A DNA stretch of 63,963 bases, counting the filler, from Octopus bimaculoides (Eukaryota): assembly GCF_001194135.2 (NCBI RefSeq). It is 7 parts of 7 records of this genome, joined end to end, with 100 filler letters (N's around TTAATTAATTAA, not from the genome) between each part and the next. Parts side by side here need not be neighbours in the genome. Positions count along the whole stretch, not along the records: positions 60,358 to 63,963 come from NW_026305493.1; 6 more parts are not named here. One strand, written 5' to 3'. Below the pieces are notes generated by a model. That model had not been told where the DNA came from and did no database searches. It worked only from the letters and a program-made list of their open reading frames with translations. Shown piece by piece: positions 61,850 through 63,963 of the stretch; the stretch's first letter is position 1, and each line of letters begins with the position of its first letter. The position numbers were made by a program, and so were the translations under genes.

Positions 61850-62500
61850 ACCAAAGTATTATTATTGTAGGGGACTGCTGTTTCTTTAGAGGAGACGAGA
61901 TAAGATATCCCATTGTTGATTTTCACTAAAAGGTTTTTTTAATGCTATAGTGCGTACAAAATTGTTGGCCTTAACAGATAAATGTTTTCTAGATAACCAT
62001 AGATACAGGGAAATTCTTCATGGAGTTCAGTGAAAGTTTACGACAGCCACTGATCCAACCTGACAATATTATCACTCGCAGGCGCCCACTCGAACTTGTA
62101 ACTGCCAAGACCCAGAAACTTGCCCACTCTATCAGGCATGTATGATTAGCTCTGTGATTTATGAAGCTGAAGTCACCCTGGAGCTCCAGTATCAAGACAT
62201 TCAAAATGTCGGTATAATCGAAAGTAGTTTTTAAAAAAATTTACGCTACCGACAAGTTTTTACAGGGATAACAACAAAGTTACGAAGCTGAGTGGCTATA
62301 TCTGAGACTGAAATTCAATCATGTATCACACACTATAAAGCGGAGCATCGAGGAACGAACCACGCCATAAGTTAATTAATCAAAATCATGCAGGTTTTGT
62401 TTAGGAGATATATATCAAATCTTTCATGCGTCTAAAACTGTATTAACCTACGAAATTTCAGATCTGAAATGTTTATCAAAGATAAGCATCAAAACAAATT
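61850..62500 (+). mobile_element. Penelope-like element, C-terminal linker and GIY-YIG endonuclease remnant
   Basis: LTDKCFLDNHRYREIL, RTCNCQDPETCPLYQACMISSVIYEAEV, VGIIESSF, KVTKLSGYI* follow the PLE CNC..CPL..C....VIY.A.V..YIG pattern. Confidence 0.8.
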
Positions 62501-63404
62501 TCTTTAATGAACTGGAAAATACGATCCTCTCTGGATTAAGCACGCAATTACAGAAAATTTCACCTTCTATAATTAATTTACCACAGATACATTAATTCTA
62601 CATCGAACGGACAAAAGACAAACAATTATTCATATTCTTTTCCGTCTTTTCTCATTCCACTTTTTACCTTTTACATTCATTTCATCGTTTCTCATGTTTT
62701 CTCGAAAACCAATATCTTTCCGAATTTTTTTTTTTTTTTTTCGAAAAAGGCCTGCCATGTTGTGTAGTGGAATCCGAAAAACTGCATGAAAATATGGCTC
62801 CCTATACAAGCTTAATCGACTATGGTGATTTCACAGCATGAAGCTAAAAGTATTTCCAATTTAAACCATGGGTATATTAAATGATGTTTATCTCTTGTTG
62901 GATGATGTGTAATTTGCCGATTCCACCAATAACGGAACTGTAAATTCTATCTATCTATGTTATTTATCTANNNNNNNNNNNNNNNNNNNNNNNNNNNNNN
63001 NNNNNNNNNNNNNNNNNNNNNNNNNNNNNNNNNNNNNNNNNNNNNNNNNNNNNNNNNNNNNNNNNNNNNNNNNNNNNNNNNNNNNNNNNNNNNNTATATA
63101 TATACGTAGATAGGTAGCTGAATAGATATCCAAATATATACACGTATATATGTAGTTTTTAAGTTTTAAGACAGAAATTGAGAGTGAGAGAAAGCTACAT
63201 AGATATAGAAACACATACACACATACACACATGTACACACACATATATATATATACGCATACACATTTACATTAGATATACAAACAAATACATGTTTATG
63301 ATTGTGTGTGAAAGTGCGTGTATAAACACGTGTCTGCATGTGTTTATTCATACATATACACACCACCAATACATTCATATATACATATATATATACATAC
63401 ATAC

Positions 63405-63463
<59 letters not shown>

Positions 63464-63584
63464 CATGTGCGTAAATACACACAGGCACAGATATATACGC
63501 ACATATATACAAACTCATGAACAGACACGCAAATGTCTCTCTCTTTCACACGCCCCGTCGATCATTCCTGTTACAGTTACATAC

Positions 63585-63714
63585 CGTAACCTGCTGGTAA
63601 TCCCAAGGATACAAAAGTGACACACAAACACAATTTCACTTGCCCGATGTGGCACGCAATAGATGCAAATGCCTTTAACCACACCCAGCATAAACCTTTA
63701 GTCAAGCAAGTCAT
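63585..63714 (-). CDS. Candidate first coding exon (hydrophobic N-terminus) of the orphan gene
   Basis: ATG...TAC G|gtatgt, 130 nt, phase 1; MTCLTKGLCWVWLKAFASIACHIGQVKLCLCVTFVSLGLPAGY; phase-compatible with the 54767 acceptor. Confidence 0.45.
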
Positions 63715-63963
63715 ATTCAATGATTAATCGAAGCAGGTGCGTTTAGGGTTTTTCATAACGGAACTTTCTGGAAATAATTACTGTTGTCAGATGAGACTAA
63801 TTAAGTATCGAAATATTTGCGTGCTTGGTCGTTTACACGGCGGAGGAGGGGTGCTATGTCTGAATTCTTGATCTCACTAATGGATTTACAGTTATTGATA
63901 AAAAAAATAAGATTTTGGTGAATTGGAAAGTGTGCGTAGGTGCAAGTTTATAGATGAGTTTGT

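Noticed and set aside
61991-62137. Plus-strand exon-like frame ITIDTGKFFMEF...HSIRH with AG/GT ends
   Set aside because: An overlapping frame carries clear Penelope CNC/CPL/VIY endonuclease motifs, so the segment is explained as a transposon remnant.

Overview
This is eukaryotic, AT-rich, microsatellite-saturated scaffold sequence with many N gaps. Its repeat content (CORE-type tRNA SINEs, RTE elements with (CAT)n tails, dense TA/CA/GA microsatellites) is consistent with an octopus/cephalopod genome; that assignment is inference. Most of the window is transposon debris: two divergent L1/Tx1-type LINEs flanking an R4/Dong-type LINE (9.5-20.3 kb), one near-complete RTE and many RTE fragments, a CR1/L2-group 3' end, several mariner/Tc1 copies and MITEs, Penelope-like fragments, and three SINE families. 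Two spliced host genes missed by the ORF track could be assembled by hand. (1) A 3-exon, 106-aa NDUFV3-like complex I subunit gene lies on the minus strand (38438->32767); it has a 15-bp coding minisatellite and sits head-to-head with a putative MADQ first exon. (2) An orphan minus-strand gene (candidate first exon 63714-63585; exons 54767-54571 and 54482-54336) has an N-terminal hydrophobic segment, N-glycosylation sequons and a GPI-like tail. Notable non-coding signals are several minimal type I hammerhead ribozyme motifs of the Penelope type (two near-intact), a CpG-rich block inserted into one hammerhead, a 3' tail shared by a SINE and the CR1-like LINE, a ~2.6 kb CpG-dense (ACGW)n satellite with higher-order structure, and an inverted TTAGGG/CCCTAA junction next to an unexplained decayed ORF. 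All calls were made by eye, and repeat boundaries are approximate.
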